Notes: generated by a model from the sequence alone, not told the origin. Positions 26,101-39,390 are shown, numbered from the stretch's first letter. The stretch is 64,000 nucleotides of DNA from Macrostomum lignano (GCA_002269645.1 NIVC01001101.1:124001-188000), one strand, 5' to 3'. Numbers and translations are program-made.

Positions 26101-26357
26101 AAAGCGATGATTTATGACCCAAAAAGCTGCGCCTATGTAATTATTACTACTGGTATGACCAAACCATATATCTAGTATAGATTCTATGTTACTTCGCAGA
26201 AAACGGATAAAAATGCCCCTAGCCTACTGTTAGTAAGCAAGTAAGTTCATGGCTCATGTGCTAGCACGGGATTTGGAAAAAAGGGCGTCCTCATCATTAT
26301 ATTATTATATTAGAATGCCTGAAGAAACTTCACCAGCGATTATACCAGAGAGGTAAG

Positions 26358-26402
<45 letters not shown>

Positions 26403-26419
26403 AATCTACCAATCTATCA

Positions 26420-26459
<40 letters not shown>
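26358..26459. repeat. (TATC)n microsatellite
   Basis: Direct reading. Confidence 0.95.
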
Positions 26460-26657
26460 GGTTCTGCGGGTAAGAATCGTGAGATTCTTGGATAAGAATC
26501 ATGCTCAAAACGATTCTCTTTATTTCAAAGTTGCTGCGATTTTTTATTACCTATGCGATTTTTGCGAGCCAAGAGTCGGTGGCAACACTGCTCTTTACAT
26601 ATGCAACGAGCTTTGAGGGAAACATCTTTTAGAGACACATTTCGATGACCAGCAGAT

Positions 26658-26816
26658 CAGGCGCGTAGCCAGAATTCACGTCAGTGGGGGGGGAACAAAG
26701 ACAATATACATAAATTCATCTGCAATGTTAGCGATGAAAGCAATGAAAAGGCAATGAAAAAATTGCCCTCTCCAGGGAGGACATGTCCCCAGTGTCTTCC
26801 CTTGGCTACGCCCCTG
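26658..26816. mobile_element. Small hAT-like MITE
   Basis: Ends CAGGCGCGTAGCCA / TGGCTACGCCCCTG, flanked by AGCAGAT and AGCAGAA. Confidence 0.6.
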
Positions 26817-27199
26817 AGCAGAAATATATCAATTATAATATACATACATACAGTCAGACTTAGAGATCCTGTAATTGTTTTGGAGGCTGATTTTTTTTAA
26901 AAATACACTGCAGACAGGAGAATATGTTTTAAGCACAAAATATATTACCCAAAGCATTTGACTCTGGAGGATGAAGATTACCATTATTTTAATTTAGCGT
27001 GCAAAACATGTTACTCTGCTGTATTTTATATAGTAATAGTTGCGCGTTATTATGTTTCATCTTCCTAGTTTCATTTTGTACTCTATAAATTTATTTTATT
27101 GTAGTGTCACTTTTTTATACTTTATATTCTGCTACTAATACTAATGTCACTAGAGAGTATGTACAACTTTTTGCGTGTAAAAATCTAATAAATAAATAA

Positions 27200-28700
27200 A
27201 TATAGATTATACTAGCAATCAGCGCCCCCGTTGGGGAGCCAAAAATGCAGTACAAGTTGTTTTATTAAACTACATGTAGCGTCTTCTTGCATTTTACCCC
27301 AGCAGTCCCTTGTAAGCCTTGACATGTCAGCAATTCCCCCCCCCACAAGTCTTAACATATCAACTCCCCCTTGACATTTCAGCGATGCCCCCATAAGCCT
27401 TGAAATCTTAAAAAATCTGTCTACTTTCTAACCCTAGCGTAACCCTAACCCAAACCCTAAAGTATTGACATTTCAATTCTCTTATTCTCTCTAAGAGTCA
27501 TTATAGCACTACTACATCATTATAGCGATTCCCTGCAAGCCTCGACATCGTAGGGATTCCCAAATGAATCTCTTAACTTCGACATGAAGCTTCTTTTATT
27601 TTTTACATTACGCTTCATCTATCAGCGATCCGTCCCGTGAGGAGCCAACAAATAATGTAATAAAACGTTTTCAATAAACTACATGTAGCTTCTGACTTTA
27701 TCCTTGACATCTCAGCAATTCCCCCAGTAAGCCTTGACACCTCAGCAATTCCCCCAGAAAGACTTCACCTCTTAGCAATTCCCCCAGTAAGCCTTGAAAT
27801 ATCAGCAATTTCCCCAGTAAGCCTTGAGATCTCAGCAATTCCCCCAGTAAGCCTTGAGATCCCAGTAAGCCTTTAGATCTCAGCAATTCCCCCAGTAAGC
27901 CTTTAGATCTCAGCAATTCCCCAATAAGCCTTGAGATCTCAAAAATTCTCCCAGTAAGTCTTGAGATCTCAGCAATTCCCCCAGTAAGCCTTGACATCTC
28001 AGGAATAACCCCATTAAGCCTCGACATCGCAGCAATTAAACTCGAGTCTCGACATCTATGCAATTCTCTCAGCGCAGTAATTAGCCTTGACGTCCCAACA
28101 ACCCAACTCCCCTCTCCCAAGAATTCAGCAATCCCCTTATAAGCCTTGATAACTCAGCTATTCCCTGATGAGCTTAGATATCTTAGCAAGTCTTTAATTG
28201 ATGGTTGACAGCGGTTAATCTATGATTAAACCAAAACTGATCCAAAGCCTCTAACCCTAACCCATAAGTGAATCTTGGCATGTTAGCAATTTCCACCATG
28301 AGCCTTGAGCCTCGGCTTTAAACTAACTTCCTCATAAGCTTTGTAATCTAAATTTCACTGAAAGCCTTGACCTGTCAGCAACTCCCCGTAGATCATTAGT
28401 GATTGACACGACTATCGCTCTATAATTGAACCCTAAGCCTAACCCTTAACCTGCAGCCTAATTTCAGCAATTCCCCAATGAGCTTTGGAAATGTTGGCAA
28501 TTTCCCCATGAGCCTGAAAATTGAGTGACTAACCTTTTGATATCTTGGCACTTGCATTTCAACAATTAATTTCTGCAATTTCACAAATGAACCTTGAAAT
28601 CAAAGCAATTCTCCCCAGAATGACAATTATAGCAATTCCCCTTGCGCCTTGAGATCTTAAAAATCCTCCCATGAGTATTGATATATCATAGCAATTTGCC
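27200..28700. repeat. Degenerate 30-bp minisatellite field (core 27700-28020), with CCCTAA-like islets
   Basis: Unit GATCTCAGCAATTCCCCCAGTAAGCCTTGA. AACCCTAA runs near 27430, 28255 and 28435. Confidence 0.8.
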
Positions 28701-28899
28701 ATACCTGCATTATGCTCGTAGCAATAGTCTTAGCAGTCTTAACAGTCTTAGCAATTCCCAATCAGACTTTTACGTTCGACAGGGCGCTTCTTTTATGATT
28801 GACATAATTTATAATTTATAATCGTTTTTTCTTGCCTTTGCGTTTTCTTCTCTTCAAAAGAAGTTTTTAATAAAAAACCAATATTTCACTATAGCTTTC

Positions 28900-30540
28900 T
28901 GCAGTTTAGCAATGGTTCATCAGCAGTTTAGCAATGCAGTTTAGCAATGCTTCACCAGCAGTTTCACAATGCAGTTTAACAATGCTTCACCAGCAGTTTC
29001 ACAATGCAGTTTAGCAATGCTTCACCAGCAGTTTAGCATCGCTTCACCAGCAGTTTAGCAATGCTTCACCAGCAGTTTAGCAATGCTTCACCAGCAGTTT
29101 AGCAATGCAGTTTAGCAATGCTTTACCAGCAGTTTAGCAATGCAGTTTAGCAATGCTTCTCCAGCAGTTTAGCAATGCTTTACCAGCAGTTTAGCAATGC
29201 AGTTTAGCAATGCTATACCAGCAGTTTACCAATGCAGTTTAGCAATGCTTCACCAGCAGTTTGACAATGCAGTTTAGCAATGCAGTTTAGCAATGCTTCA
29301 CCAGTAGTTTCACAATGCAGTTTAGCAATGCTTCACCAGCAGTTTAGCAATGCAGTTTAGCAATACTTCACCAGCAGTTTAGCAATGCAGTTTAGCAATG
29401 CTTCACCAGCAGTTTCACAATGCAGTTTAACAATGCTTCACCAGCAGTTTCACAATGCAGTTTAGCAATGCTTCACCAGCAGTTTCACAATGCAGTTTAA
29501 CAATGCTTCACCAGCAGTTTCACAATGCAGTTTAGCAATGCTTCACCAGCAGTTTAGCAATGCTTCACCAGCAGTTTAGCAATGCTTCACCAGCAGTTTA
29601 GCAATGCAGTTTAGCAATGCTTTACCAGCAGTTTAGCAATGCAGTTTAGCAATGCTTCTCCAGCAGTTTAGCAATGCTTTACCAGCAGTTTAGCAATGCA
29701 GTTTAGCAATGCTATACCAGCAGTTTACCAATGCAGTTTAGCAATGCTTCACCAGCAGTTTGACAATGCAGTTTAGCAATGCAGTTTAGCAATGCTTCAC
29801 CAGTAGTTTCACAATGCAGTTTAGCAATGCTTCACCAGCAGTTTAGCAATGCAGTTTAGCAATACTTCACCAGCAGTTTAGCAATGCAGTTTAGCAATGC
29901 TTCACCAGCAGTTTCACAATGCAGTTTAACAATGCTTCACCAGCAGTTTCACAATGCAGTTTAGCAATGCTTCACCAGCAGTTTCACAATGCAGTTTAAC
30001 AATGCTTCACCAGCAGTTTCACAATGCAGTTTAGCAATGCTTCACCAGCAGTTTAGCATCGCTTCACCAGCAGTTTAGCAATGCTTCACCAGCAGTTTAG
30101 CAATGCTTCACCAGCAGTTTAGCAATGCAGTTTAGCAATGCTTTACCAGCAGTTTAGCAATGCAGTTTAGCAATGCTTCACCAGCAGTTTAGCAATGCTT
30201 TACCAGCAGTTTAGCAATGCAGTTTAGCAATGCTATACCAGCAGTTTAGCAATGCAGTTTAGCAATGCTTCACCAGCAGTTTGACAATGCAGTTTAGCAA
30301 TGCAGTTTAGCAATGCTTCACCAGTAGTTTTACAATGCAGTTTAGCAATGCTTCACCAGCAGTTTAGCAATGCAGTTTAGCAATACTTCACCAGCAGTTT
30401 AGCAATGCAGTTTAGCAATGCTTCACCAGTAGTTTCACAATGCAGTTTAGCAATGCTTCACCAGCAGTTTAGCAATGCAGTTTAGCAATACTTCACCAGC
30501 AGTTTAGCAATGCAGTTTAGCAATGCTTCACCAGTAGTTT
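28900..30540. repeat. Composite satellite (21-bp and 13-bp subunits) with higher-order repeat structure
   Basis: Units CCAGCAGTTTAGCAATGCTTCA and GCAGTTTAGCAAT. The variant TGCTATACC recurs at 29211, 29710 and 30231; lines 29161 and 30181 are identical (offset 1020). Confidence 0.95.
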
Positions 30541-31078
30541 ATTAATCGTTTACCAGCACTGTTTTGCACATTGCAATAATCTTTGCTTATGGCTATATTG
30601 CTGCCGGGGCTGTTGCCCCCAGGACCCCGGGTCCTGCACGTAATGGCGTGGTGAACTATCTGTGCAGTATGAGACTGGTATGGCCTTTATCCCAGCCAGC
30701 GATGCTCACACCTGCCTCCCCTGGCAGGCTGATAGCTCTAGAGACTCTGTCTCCTGATTTTCACCTTGCAAGGCGCACTTCGAAGGGTACTCGTCCCGTG
30801 GGTGTTAAGGCAGGCCCCCTTGGGCCCTGCCGAGCTGATTCGTTGGCGCCGGGTCCTGGTGTGACCATAAACGCACCCTCTAATGTCCCAGTGTAACTCC
30901 GTGCTGATGGACGCTTGGCCAGGGAGTAGTCTGGTCGCTAACGGTTCCCCTTGCGCTTTTGGGTCCCCCCGCAGGGTGGTATTTTGCTTTTTGGGGGCCT
31001 GCCGCTTGGTTTGGGGTTGCGGCCTTGCGGCTCTTTGCCTGTGTTCTGCAGGAAGTCCCACCTTTTTACTTCCAGCCA

Positions 31079-32599
31079 ATGGCTTCTAACCGAAGTAACA
31101 AACCGGCTGTGGATGACACAGTGCCTCCGGCCTCGGCTGGGGCCGTGGACTCCTCGGCCATACCACCTGCTACCATCGGGGACGCCTCGGCGAGACCCGT
31201 GGAGCCAACTCTGAGCGGTGCCTCCGAGAAGACACCTGCTACTCCAGCTGCTAAGAAACGCAGCACCACCTCTGGAGCTGCCCGCCGTCGACTTAACAAG
31301 GCGAGGCGGGCCAAGGAGGGCGGAAGCCAAACCGGTGCCAGGGGCCAACGGCCCGCGGCAGCGGAAGCTTCCCAATCTGGGGCGGTGGCGGAAGAGGGCC
31401 TCGAGCCCACGGAAGCCCCTGCCCAGGATAGGGAGGCCGATGCAGCCGGGAGGGTGGACAGCCCACCTGAAGAAAGCTCCACTGACCCCCGGGCCTCCTA
31501 CGCTGATGCGGCAAAGAGGCAACCGGCGGTTGTCATCCTGGGAAAGGACGCGCGCCTGTCTCCCGATCAGCTGAAGCAGGTGAGAAGTGCCGTTGATGGC
31601 CTCCTGTGGAAGCAAACTCTAAAGGGCACGCCTCTGAACATTCATTCGAATGCGACGAGGGACTCGTGCCTTCTCATTTGGCCCAGTGATGCTGACTCGG
31701 GTCGGCGGCTCCTTGAGCTGCTGCCCGAGCAGAGCTGGGACCTCAACCTAGCCTTCTGCAGAGAGGACGAGCGCCCCCGGACCAAGAGGCATCGAATCTG
31801 GGTCCCGGCCAGGAGCGTTGTTACCTCTGCTGACGAGCTCCGGAAAGGACTGCTAGCAGTCAACCGGGAGCTTCCCGCCGCGGGCCTAGTGGTGCATGAC
31901 ACCCTTAAGCGCACCGACGGCACTGGCTTCACAGCCATCCTGGGGCTGTCGGACGCCTGGATGAGGCGTTATCCACACGGCAGCTTCATCAACGTCGGCC
32001 TTTGGAAGCTGCGCATCCGCTCCTACGAGGCCGACCCTCCCCGTGGCAGTGAGCAGGGCGGGCGGGATGCGGAGGCGGCCGGGGCCGAGGCGCAAGTCTC
32101 TGCTCAGACTGCCAAAGCAAACCGCCCTGCCCGGCAGCACGGCCGCGCGGGCAAAGCTGAGCGCGCTGCTGAGGGCGGAGGCGACCGACGCCCGGCGCGC
32201 AGCACCAAGCGGCGCGGCCTGTACCAGCGTGCAGCTGAGGCAGTCCGTACCGCCAAAATCTCCCAGCTGAGGCGAGAGGTCGCCGGGACGCCTAGGCGCA
32301 CCAGTTCGTCCAGGGAGGGTGGGGACGTCCCAGCTGGGCCCAACCCCTCGGGGCAGGGCCGACTGGAGACGGACCCGCCTGCCCAGGCGGCTGGCTGCTC
32401 CAGGGCATTGGGCCAATCTGAGGCGGAGGACCCCATGGATGGTGGGCAAAGGGCGGCGAACGCTGCCTACTGCCTTCCGGCCAATCGGGGGCCTTTTGCT
32501 GAAGAAGAGCCCATGGACACCGGCGACCCCGACCCGAAGCCGGTGAGCGCCGAGGAGGAGGAGGAACTCCTGGCGGCTGCAACATCCGATCTGCAATGA
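31079..32599 (+). CDS. LINE ORF1 (gag-like, no CCHC knuckle; central region resembles the DUF4780-type domain of LOA-like elements)
   Basis: Intact frame from ATG 31079 (MASNRS...) with a basic N-terminus and a SYADAAK motif. Confidence 0.8.
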   Translation: MASNRSNKPAVDDTVPPASAGAVDSSAIPPATIGDASARPVEPTLSGASEKTPATPAAKKRSTTSGAARRRLNKARRAKEGGSQTGARGQRPAAAEASQSGAVAEEGLEPTEAPAQDREADAAGRVDSPPEESSTDPRASYADAAKRQPAVVILGKDARLSPDQLKQVRSAVDGLLWKQTLKGTPLNIHSNATRDSCLLIWPSDADSGRRLLELLPEQSWDLNLAFCREDERPRTKRHRIWVPARSVVTSADELRKGLLAVNRELPAAGLVVHDTLKRTDGTGFTAILGLSDAWMRRYPHGSFINVGLWKLRIRSYEADPPRGSEQGGRDAEAAGAEAQVSAQTAKANRPARQHGRAGKAERAAEGGGDRRPARSTKRRGLYQRAAEAVRTAKISQLRREVAGTPRRTSSSREGGDVPAGPNPSGQGRLETDPPAQAAGCSRALGQSEAEDPMDGGQRAANAAYCLPANRGPFAEEEPMDTGDPDPKPVSAEEEEELLAAATSDLQ

Positions 32600-35500
32600 T
32601 GCCAGCGACTACCTGGTGTCTGCAGATCAACACCCAGCACTGCGTGGCGGCGTCGGTCAACCTGATGCGCACGGCAGAGCAACAGCTTCCGGGCCTGGTC
32701 TTCGTACAGGAGCCCTGGATGACTAAAGGTAAGCCAAATAATGTGCCATCTGGCTACCACTGTTTTTGCATGGCGGGCTCTCAGCCTCGCCCAAGATCTC
32801 TGGTCTTTGCTGCAAAAGCTTTTGAGGCATGGATGAGACCTGATCTCTCGACTGGGGACATCTGTGTTGTTCAAATCAATAACCTCATTCCCAATAAACC
32901 TGTGCTGGTAGCTTCTGCCTATTTCCCGGGCGATGCCCCAGTTGTCTGCGACGCGTTAGTCAACCTTACTGACTATGCTGCGTCCCATCGGTTCGAGCTG
33001 CTCATTGCAGGGGATGTGAACGCACACCACCTGCATTGGGGCAGCAAGAACATCAATAGCAGAGGCGAGGAGCTGCTGGCCTATGTCAGCAGCACTAACC
33101 TCAACTTCTGTAACGTGGGCAATGCACCAACGTTCAATAATGGGCGGTGGGCCGAAGTCATCGACACCACCATCGCCTCACCCGGACTGCTTTCCGCAGT
33201 TACGGGCTGGCGAGTGTGGGACGAGGACTCGCTCTCGGACCACCGCTTTATCCGCTTTTGCATTGGGCCGACCAAGCAAAAGCCTAAGGTCACTTGGAGT
33301 CGGAACGTCAGGAACACCGATTGGGCCGCCTTTGGCTCGAAGCTGAGCCGCGGCCTTCGGGATCTTGACCCCCCCAGTGACCTCTCTGACTGCCAGGTGG
33401 TGGACGATCTCGCCTCCTCCCTGGGCGGGGCGATTACCACTGCCTTTGAAGCAGCCTGCCCCCTAAAGGCCTATAAAGGCAAGAAATCTGCTCCCTGGTG
33501 AAACCCAGAGCTCGGGGCCCTTCGGCGCCGAGCCAGGACCCTCCAAAGGCGAGCGCTCAAAACCAAAGACCCATCTGACAGAGAGGCCTATACCCGTGCG
33601 ATCCGCGAGTTTAAGGGCCAAGTCAGAAGGGCCAAGACGGCCAAGTGGCGCCAATATTGCGAAGGGCTTGAGGGCTCTCGCCCCGTAGCCCGCGTGGTTA
33701 AGGCACTCACTAATGACCGTTTTTCTAAACTCTCTGTTGTGAAGAGACCTGACGGCTCGGTCACAGAGAGTACGGAAGAGACTCTAGAGCTCATGCTCAA
33801 CAGTTTTTTCCCTAAATCTCCGACTCAGCAGGGCCCGCCCGACCACACAGTGGGAGGGCAAGGCCTAGCAAAGTCTATGATCACCAAAGACCGCATTATT
33901 AGAGCGGCAAGGTCCTTTAACCCGTTCAAGGCGCCTGGGCCCGACGGCATCTACCCAGCGTTCTTGCACGAGGCGGTGAAAAACCACCGCTTCCTGGACC
34001 TGCTCTGTCGTCTCCTCCGAGCTTGTGTGGAGCTGGGCTATGTACCAGTTGCGTGGAGAGAGGCCCGGGTGGTCTTTATCCCCAAGCCTGGAAAGAGCGA
34101 CTACCAATCGGTGAAGGCCTTCAGGCCTATCAGCCTCACTTCTTTCTGCCTCAAGCTCCTCGAGAGACTGGTGCTTTGGCGCCTACTTTCGGTCGAGCTG
34201 AAGCGCTTCCCACTCTCGCAGAACCAGCACGCCTTCCGCGCGGGCAGGTCAACCGAGAGTGCTCTCCATGTCATTGTTGACTTCCTGGAGAGGGCCGTTC
34301 TTGGCAGCGGCTTTGCCCTCTCGCTTTTCCTGGACATTGAGGGGGCCTTCGACAACGTCATCTTCGAGGCCTTTTGCAGAGCCCTGGAATCCAGGGCCAC
34401 GCACCCTCACCTTGTCCGGTGGATCATGTTCATGATCCGAAACCGCACTGTTGTGGCCCACCTGAGCGGCAGCTCTCTTTCGGTGCCTGTCCTGAAAGGG
34501 GGCCCCCAGGGCGGCGTTCTCACCCCCGTTCTCTGGAACATGGTCATGGATGAGTTGCTTTGCAGTGATCTCCACGACCCCATTCTCAAGGTGGGCTATG
34601 CCGATGATGTGACCGCGATATGCGCAGGCCCCTCGGTTGATACCATCAGAGACCTTCTGCAGGGCTTTCTGGGACGAGCGGAGCGTTGGGCAGACCAATG
34701 TGGCCTTAGACTCTCAGAGTCGAAAACCACAGCAGTCATGTTTACCAACAAACTGCTCTGGACCATTAAGCCCCTCACCCTCTATGGAAAGAATATTTCC
34801 ATGGAGAAGCAGGTCCGCTGCCTGGGCCTCACTCTGGACCACAGGCTTAACTGGACTCCGCACATTCAAACTAAAGCCAAAAAAGCCCTGGCTGTACTGG
34901 CTCAGATCAGGCGCGCCGTGGGCACCACCTGGGGGCTCACCCCCAGGAAGCTGTGGTGGATTTACACTGCCATCATCCGCCCCTCGATCAGTTACGCCAG
35001 CCTCGTGTGGGCTAGCGGCCTGAGCGTCAAGAGCAACCTCGACGCTCTCTACAAAATCCAGGGCAGAGCCTGCCGCATGACAATGGGCGCTCCACCCTCT
35101 ACTCCTTTTGAAGGCATGAATGCCTTCCTCTGTGCCCCTCCTCTGGATATTTATATCAAAGGAGAGGCGGCGAAGAGCACCCGGCGTCTTCTGGATGCTG
35201 GGGTGGCCTTCAAGAAAGTGCGGGCCTTTAAGAAGCGGTCGCTTATCCCGCACTCTGACCTCTGCCTCAAGGCTCTCGAGGAGTGTGGCGGGCTCAACAT
35301 CCTCACGGACTCGATCCCAGCCACCCTTCTCCTGAGCCAAAGGTATAAGGTCACCATTCAGCCTCGACACGAGGCGAGTGACAGCTGGAGCGACTCTGAA
35401 GTCCACTGTTACACTGACGGCTCTATGAGGCATGGTCTTTCAGGCTTCGGAGCTTGCGTCTTCTTCAAGGGAGAAGTGGTGTGGAACTACTCCCAGCACA

Positions 35501-36300
35501 CTGGGCTCAACTCCAGTGTTTTTCAGAGCGAGGTGCTTGCCATCAGCTCCTGCGCGGCAGAGCTGCGCCGAAGGCAGCTTAGCGGCCGGAAATTTATTTT
35601 TCACTCTGACAGCCAAGCAGCCCTTCGGGCCCTCTGCCGCAGCACCGCCAGCTCCAGGTCCGTCCTGGACTGCAACACCCAGCTCAACGGGCTTGCGCTT
35701 GGCAACCAGGTGGAGCTCAGATGGATCCCGGGCCACGCCGGCTTCCTCGGCAACGAGCGCGCTGACCTGCTGGCCAAGGCTGGCTCCGCCGGCACGCTAT
35801 TGGGGCCGGGCCCGGGTGCCCCCATCCCCGCCTCGGTGATCAATTCCCGCGTTAAGCGCTGGGCTGACTCCGAGCATCTCCGCAGGTGGCACGACACCCG
35901 GAATTGTAGGCAATCCCGTGCTGCCGTCCCCTGTCCCTCTCCTCTCCTGCGTAGAGCCCTCCTCAGGCTCAACCGCAGAGACCTCAGAGCAGTTAGCATG
36001 GCCCTCTCCGGGCATGGCTGCTTCTCTCGCCACCGCTTCCTTCAGGGCCAAGTACCCGAGGAGCGGTGCCCCTTCTGCCGCTCAGGCAGTGAAAACGCCG
36101 AGCATTTTATCTGCCACTGCCCGGTTTTCACCAGGGCCAGGCTTACTCACCTCGGGCCAAACCCGGTTCTCTCCGACGTTTGCAGGCCCGAGAGCATCCC
36201 GCTGCTCGCCCGGTACCTCAGGGACACCGGACGAGCTGATTTCTTCCCCACCGTCGGTGAGGAGGACCGCGCTGCAGGCGAGACCGACGGGTCCCCCTGA
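32596..36300 (+). pseudogene. LINE ORF2: APE endonuclease, reverse transcriptase, RNase H and C-terminal CCHC, split by one TGA at 33499-33501
   Basis: VQEPW, GDVNAHH and SDH (APE); QGGVLTP and YADD (RT); YTDGS, SDSQAAL and WIPGH...GNERAD (RNase H). The two ORFs are in the same frame, and APW*N corresponds to the usual PWWN. Confidence 0.92.
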
Positions 36301-38540
36301 GCGACACCACTTCAACGGAAGTCGTTGGTCGCCAGGGGCTAGCGGAATGGGCGGTCTCCTCCGCCTCCCCGCTGCATCCGCCGGACGCCCCCTGCAGCTA
36401 AGTCAAGTAAGTCAAGGCTATATTGCTTCTGGATAATCGAAACCATTTAAAGTGTTTCTGCAACTTGCAGGTTAAATTTAATTCCCTTACATATTTATTA
36501 TTTTATTATATGCGTCAGATTAGCACTGCTCTCCCCGATTAGCGCTGCTCACCCAGATTAGCAATACCCTTTGCAAATTAGCACTTACAGCAGATAAGCG
36601 CTGCTCTTGAAGCTTAGCGTAGCCCCAGCAAAAGGATATACAAATAAAATGTTAAAAATTTGCATGAATCCCCATAGGAAACAATGATTATTGTCACAAA
36701 GATAAATTCGCTGCTTCAATGTAGACTCAAACTGCCGACCTTCTACTAAAAGCCTTATACTATTCTAAAGTTTAGTAACTTCTCACTTTGAAGTTCACCC
36801 CCCCCCCCAGAAATCGGCAGTTATCCCCACAACAACCTGAAATTAGCTATCACTTCTAATCCCGCAAGCAGACTGCAGTCATACTCTTAGCAGTCTGCAG
36901 GTACGAGTATCCACTTTGCTGTCTACAGCTTTCATTAACATCGGCAAACTACAATAATTCACTCAGCAGTCCGCAGTTACTCGTATCCCCTCAACAACTT
37001 GCTCTGCTATACACTCATAAGTCTGGAGGAATACCTCAGCAGTTTTTTTCAATTTTTCCCATTGCAGTCTGCATGAATGAGTCTTCTCAGCAATGATTCT
37101 TTCAGTAATCTGATAATTTGCTCAGCATATAGTACGGCTCACTAATCAATTTTCGATACATATCGGCAGTCTTTTGCGCAGCTCAGCATTTAGCAGTACC
37201 TTCAGCTGTTTAGCTATTTAGCAGTATCGTCTGCAATTCGGGAGCAGTAATACACGAATCAGTTTTTTACAAATCAAATTTTAAAATGCACTGGCTGAAA
37301 TCAAATCAAATTCAAATTGAAAAATCAAGTTTGTTCAGCAACTTGTGCTGAAAAGCAAAAATGATTCATTGAGTGTGGCTTACTAATTAATAAAAAAATG
37401 ATTTAATTGGTTGAGGCGCAAGCTATAAATGTACTAATTTATTTAATTTTAATTATCGGCCGGCGAGGCCGACTCGAACCTTGGACCTTACGCCTAGCCT
37501 AAACCAATTCAAAGTGCCTACAGTGCGGCTATTCCGCCTACTGATTGGAGGGCGCAAAAATCAGCCATATATGCTTCGTGTGCACAGGTTTGGTGCTGGA
37601 AGAGCCATTGCACAGTTAAGAGAAAACTATAAATAGTAACTTTCTATGCAGTCCGCCATTCAGCCAGGGTCAGAAGAATGTACACACGCAGCCACTGAGC
37701 ATTATTTTAACTTCAATGGTTGGCACACTGCCTGCACCTAAAAAGCTTAGAGTCAGTTTATAGCGAGAATATGCAGTACGCAGTTGTGGCGCAATCAAAA
37801 TTAGATTTGGAATTCAGCCAGTCAAGAATTCAACCTTGCTTGGCCTTCCATTAAAAGCATAGGGAAAACTCGATTTTCGAATATTAAATGCCTTGAACAT
37901 TGAAGCAGATTGAAGAAATTCTAACTGTCTTTTGTCCAGATAACTATAAATCTTTTGGCGAAAACGCGATCAAAATGGTCAAGAATTGCAGTCTGTAGAG
38001 CGATAGCTAATTGAGCTGTCTGCCAGCATCGAGAGTACTTTTTATATTCACCCATTTAATTAGAATTAATTAGAATTTAAATAGAGTTGTTATCTCGCCA
38101 GTGGGGCCCAGTGAGTTTTATGATCAGTTGCTCTGGCGCAATCATTAAAATTGGCTGTGAAATCTCTCGCTGCGAGCAGTTTGATAAAAAATACATTGAA
38201 TTTGCCCATTTAAAACCGTTTTTCGAATATTTAATCCCTTTAGCATTGAAGCAGATACAAGAAATTTTAACTGTCTTCTTTCCAGACAATTTTGAATCTT
38301 TTGGCGAAAACGCGATCAAAATTGGTCAAGAATTGCAGTCTCTAGAGCGTTTTACACGGACAAACAAATATTAGAGATGTAAGTATATTTGGATGTCTTC
38401 TTTCCAGACAATTTTGAATCTTTTGGCGAAAACGCGATCGAAATTGGTCAAGAATTGCAGTCTCTAGAGCGTTTTACACGGACAAACAAACAAATATTAG
38501 AGATTTAGTATATAAATGGATGCATGGATGGATGGATGGA

Positions 38541-38573
38541 CTAGCAATTTAAAGCCCCCGTCTTCGGGGGGGC
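38541..38573 (-). mobile_element. Helitron 3' terminus
   Basis: Minus strand: GC hairpin GCCCCCCCGAAGACGGGGGC, 9 nt spacer, then CTAG followed by T. Confidence 0.8.
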
Positions 38574-38975
38574 ATACAGCAATGTGATGTAACCCCCTTA
38601 AAATACTTAAGAACATAACGGTAATATACGAGTAATAGAGTGTAATAGAAAGACCATAATAATATTATTGAGCCATTGCTTTTCCGTATCAGTCACTGGC
38701 CTAGATGCAGTGAGACGGGTTCTTCAACCGAGTAGATAGTTTTTGCCATAGACGCAACTCAAATTTTGAGCTGGGACTTTCAAAAAGGTTTCAATTCAAT
38801 ATATAGTATTTCAATAATTGCAACGTTTATTTAATTCGCATAGCTCGTATATTTTTGAGACGTTAATTCTACAAGGTGACATGTACGAGCGTATCTAAGC
38901 CTAGTAAAGATTACTTGCTAGTGATTCACAATAATAAAATAACTTACTTAGTATCAAACTCTAACGACTCTTGTA

Positions 38976-39390
38976 CGAGGGGTGATCAAAAAGTTCTGCA
39001 ACCTCGACTCCTGCTGCACCATGACAATGCGGCACCGCACAGACCGGCCTCAACCATGGCGTACCTGGAGCAGCAGGGGGTTCAGCTGCTGCCCCATCCA
39101 TCCTACTCTCTAGACCTAGCACTCTGCGACTTTTGGCTGTTCCCGAGGATCAAACCCGTCATTTTTGGGAGGCTGTTTTCACGCATACCCTGCCCAAGCG
39201 GTACGTTCAGCTCTACAGGGTATACCAACTCCAGAGTACCATAACTGCTTTCAGACATGGTGCACACGCATGCAACGGTGCAAAGATGGTGGTGGAAAGT
39301 ACTTTGAGGGAATGTGACACTGATTAGACGCCTCGGCTGCTGTAACACTGAGTTGTGAGGTCACTTGCAGAACCTTTTGATCACCCCTCG
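38976..39390 (+). mobile_element. Internally deleted mariner
   Basis: TIRs CGAGGGGTGATCAAAAAGTTCTGCAA / TTGCAGAACCTTTTGATCACCCCTCG. Transposase C-terminus LLLHHDNAAPH...HPSYSLDLALCDFWLFP. Confidence 0.88.

Larger units (their letters stand above)
30603..36416 (+). mobile_element. Full-length I-group (LOA/R1-like) non-LTR retrotransposon with RNase H
   Basis: TSD (G)GCTATATTGCT at 30591-30602 and 36416-36427. 3' tail (TAAGTCAAG)x2. Two ORFs overlap at ATGA. Confidence 0.93.

Noticed and set aside
28900-30540. CRISPR-like repeat-spacer pattern
   Set aside because: The 'spacers' are themselves repeat subunits, there are no cas genes and the context is eukaryotic.
30738-36436. Many antisense and alternative-frame ORFs
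   Set aside because: Shadows of the GC-rich LINE ORFs with no recognisable domains.
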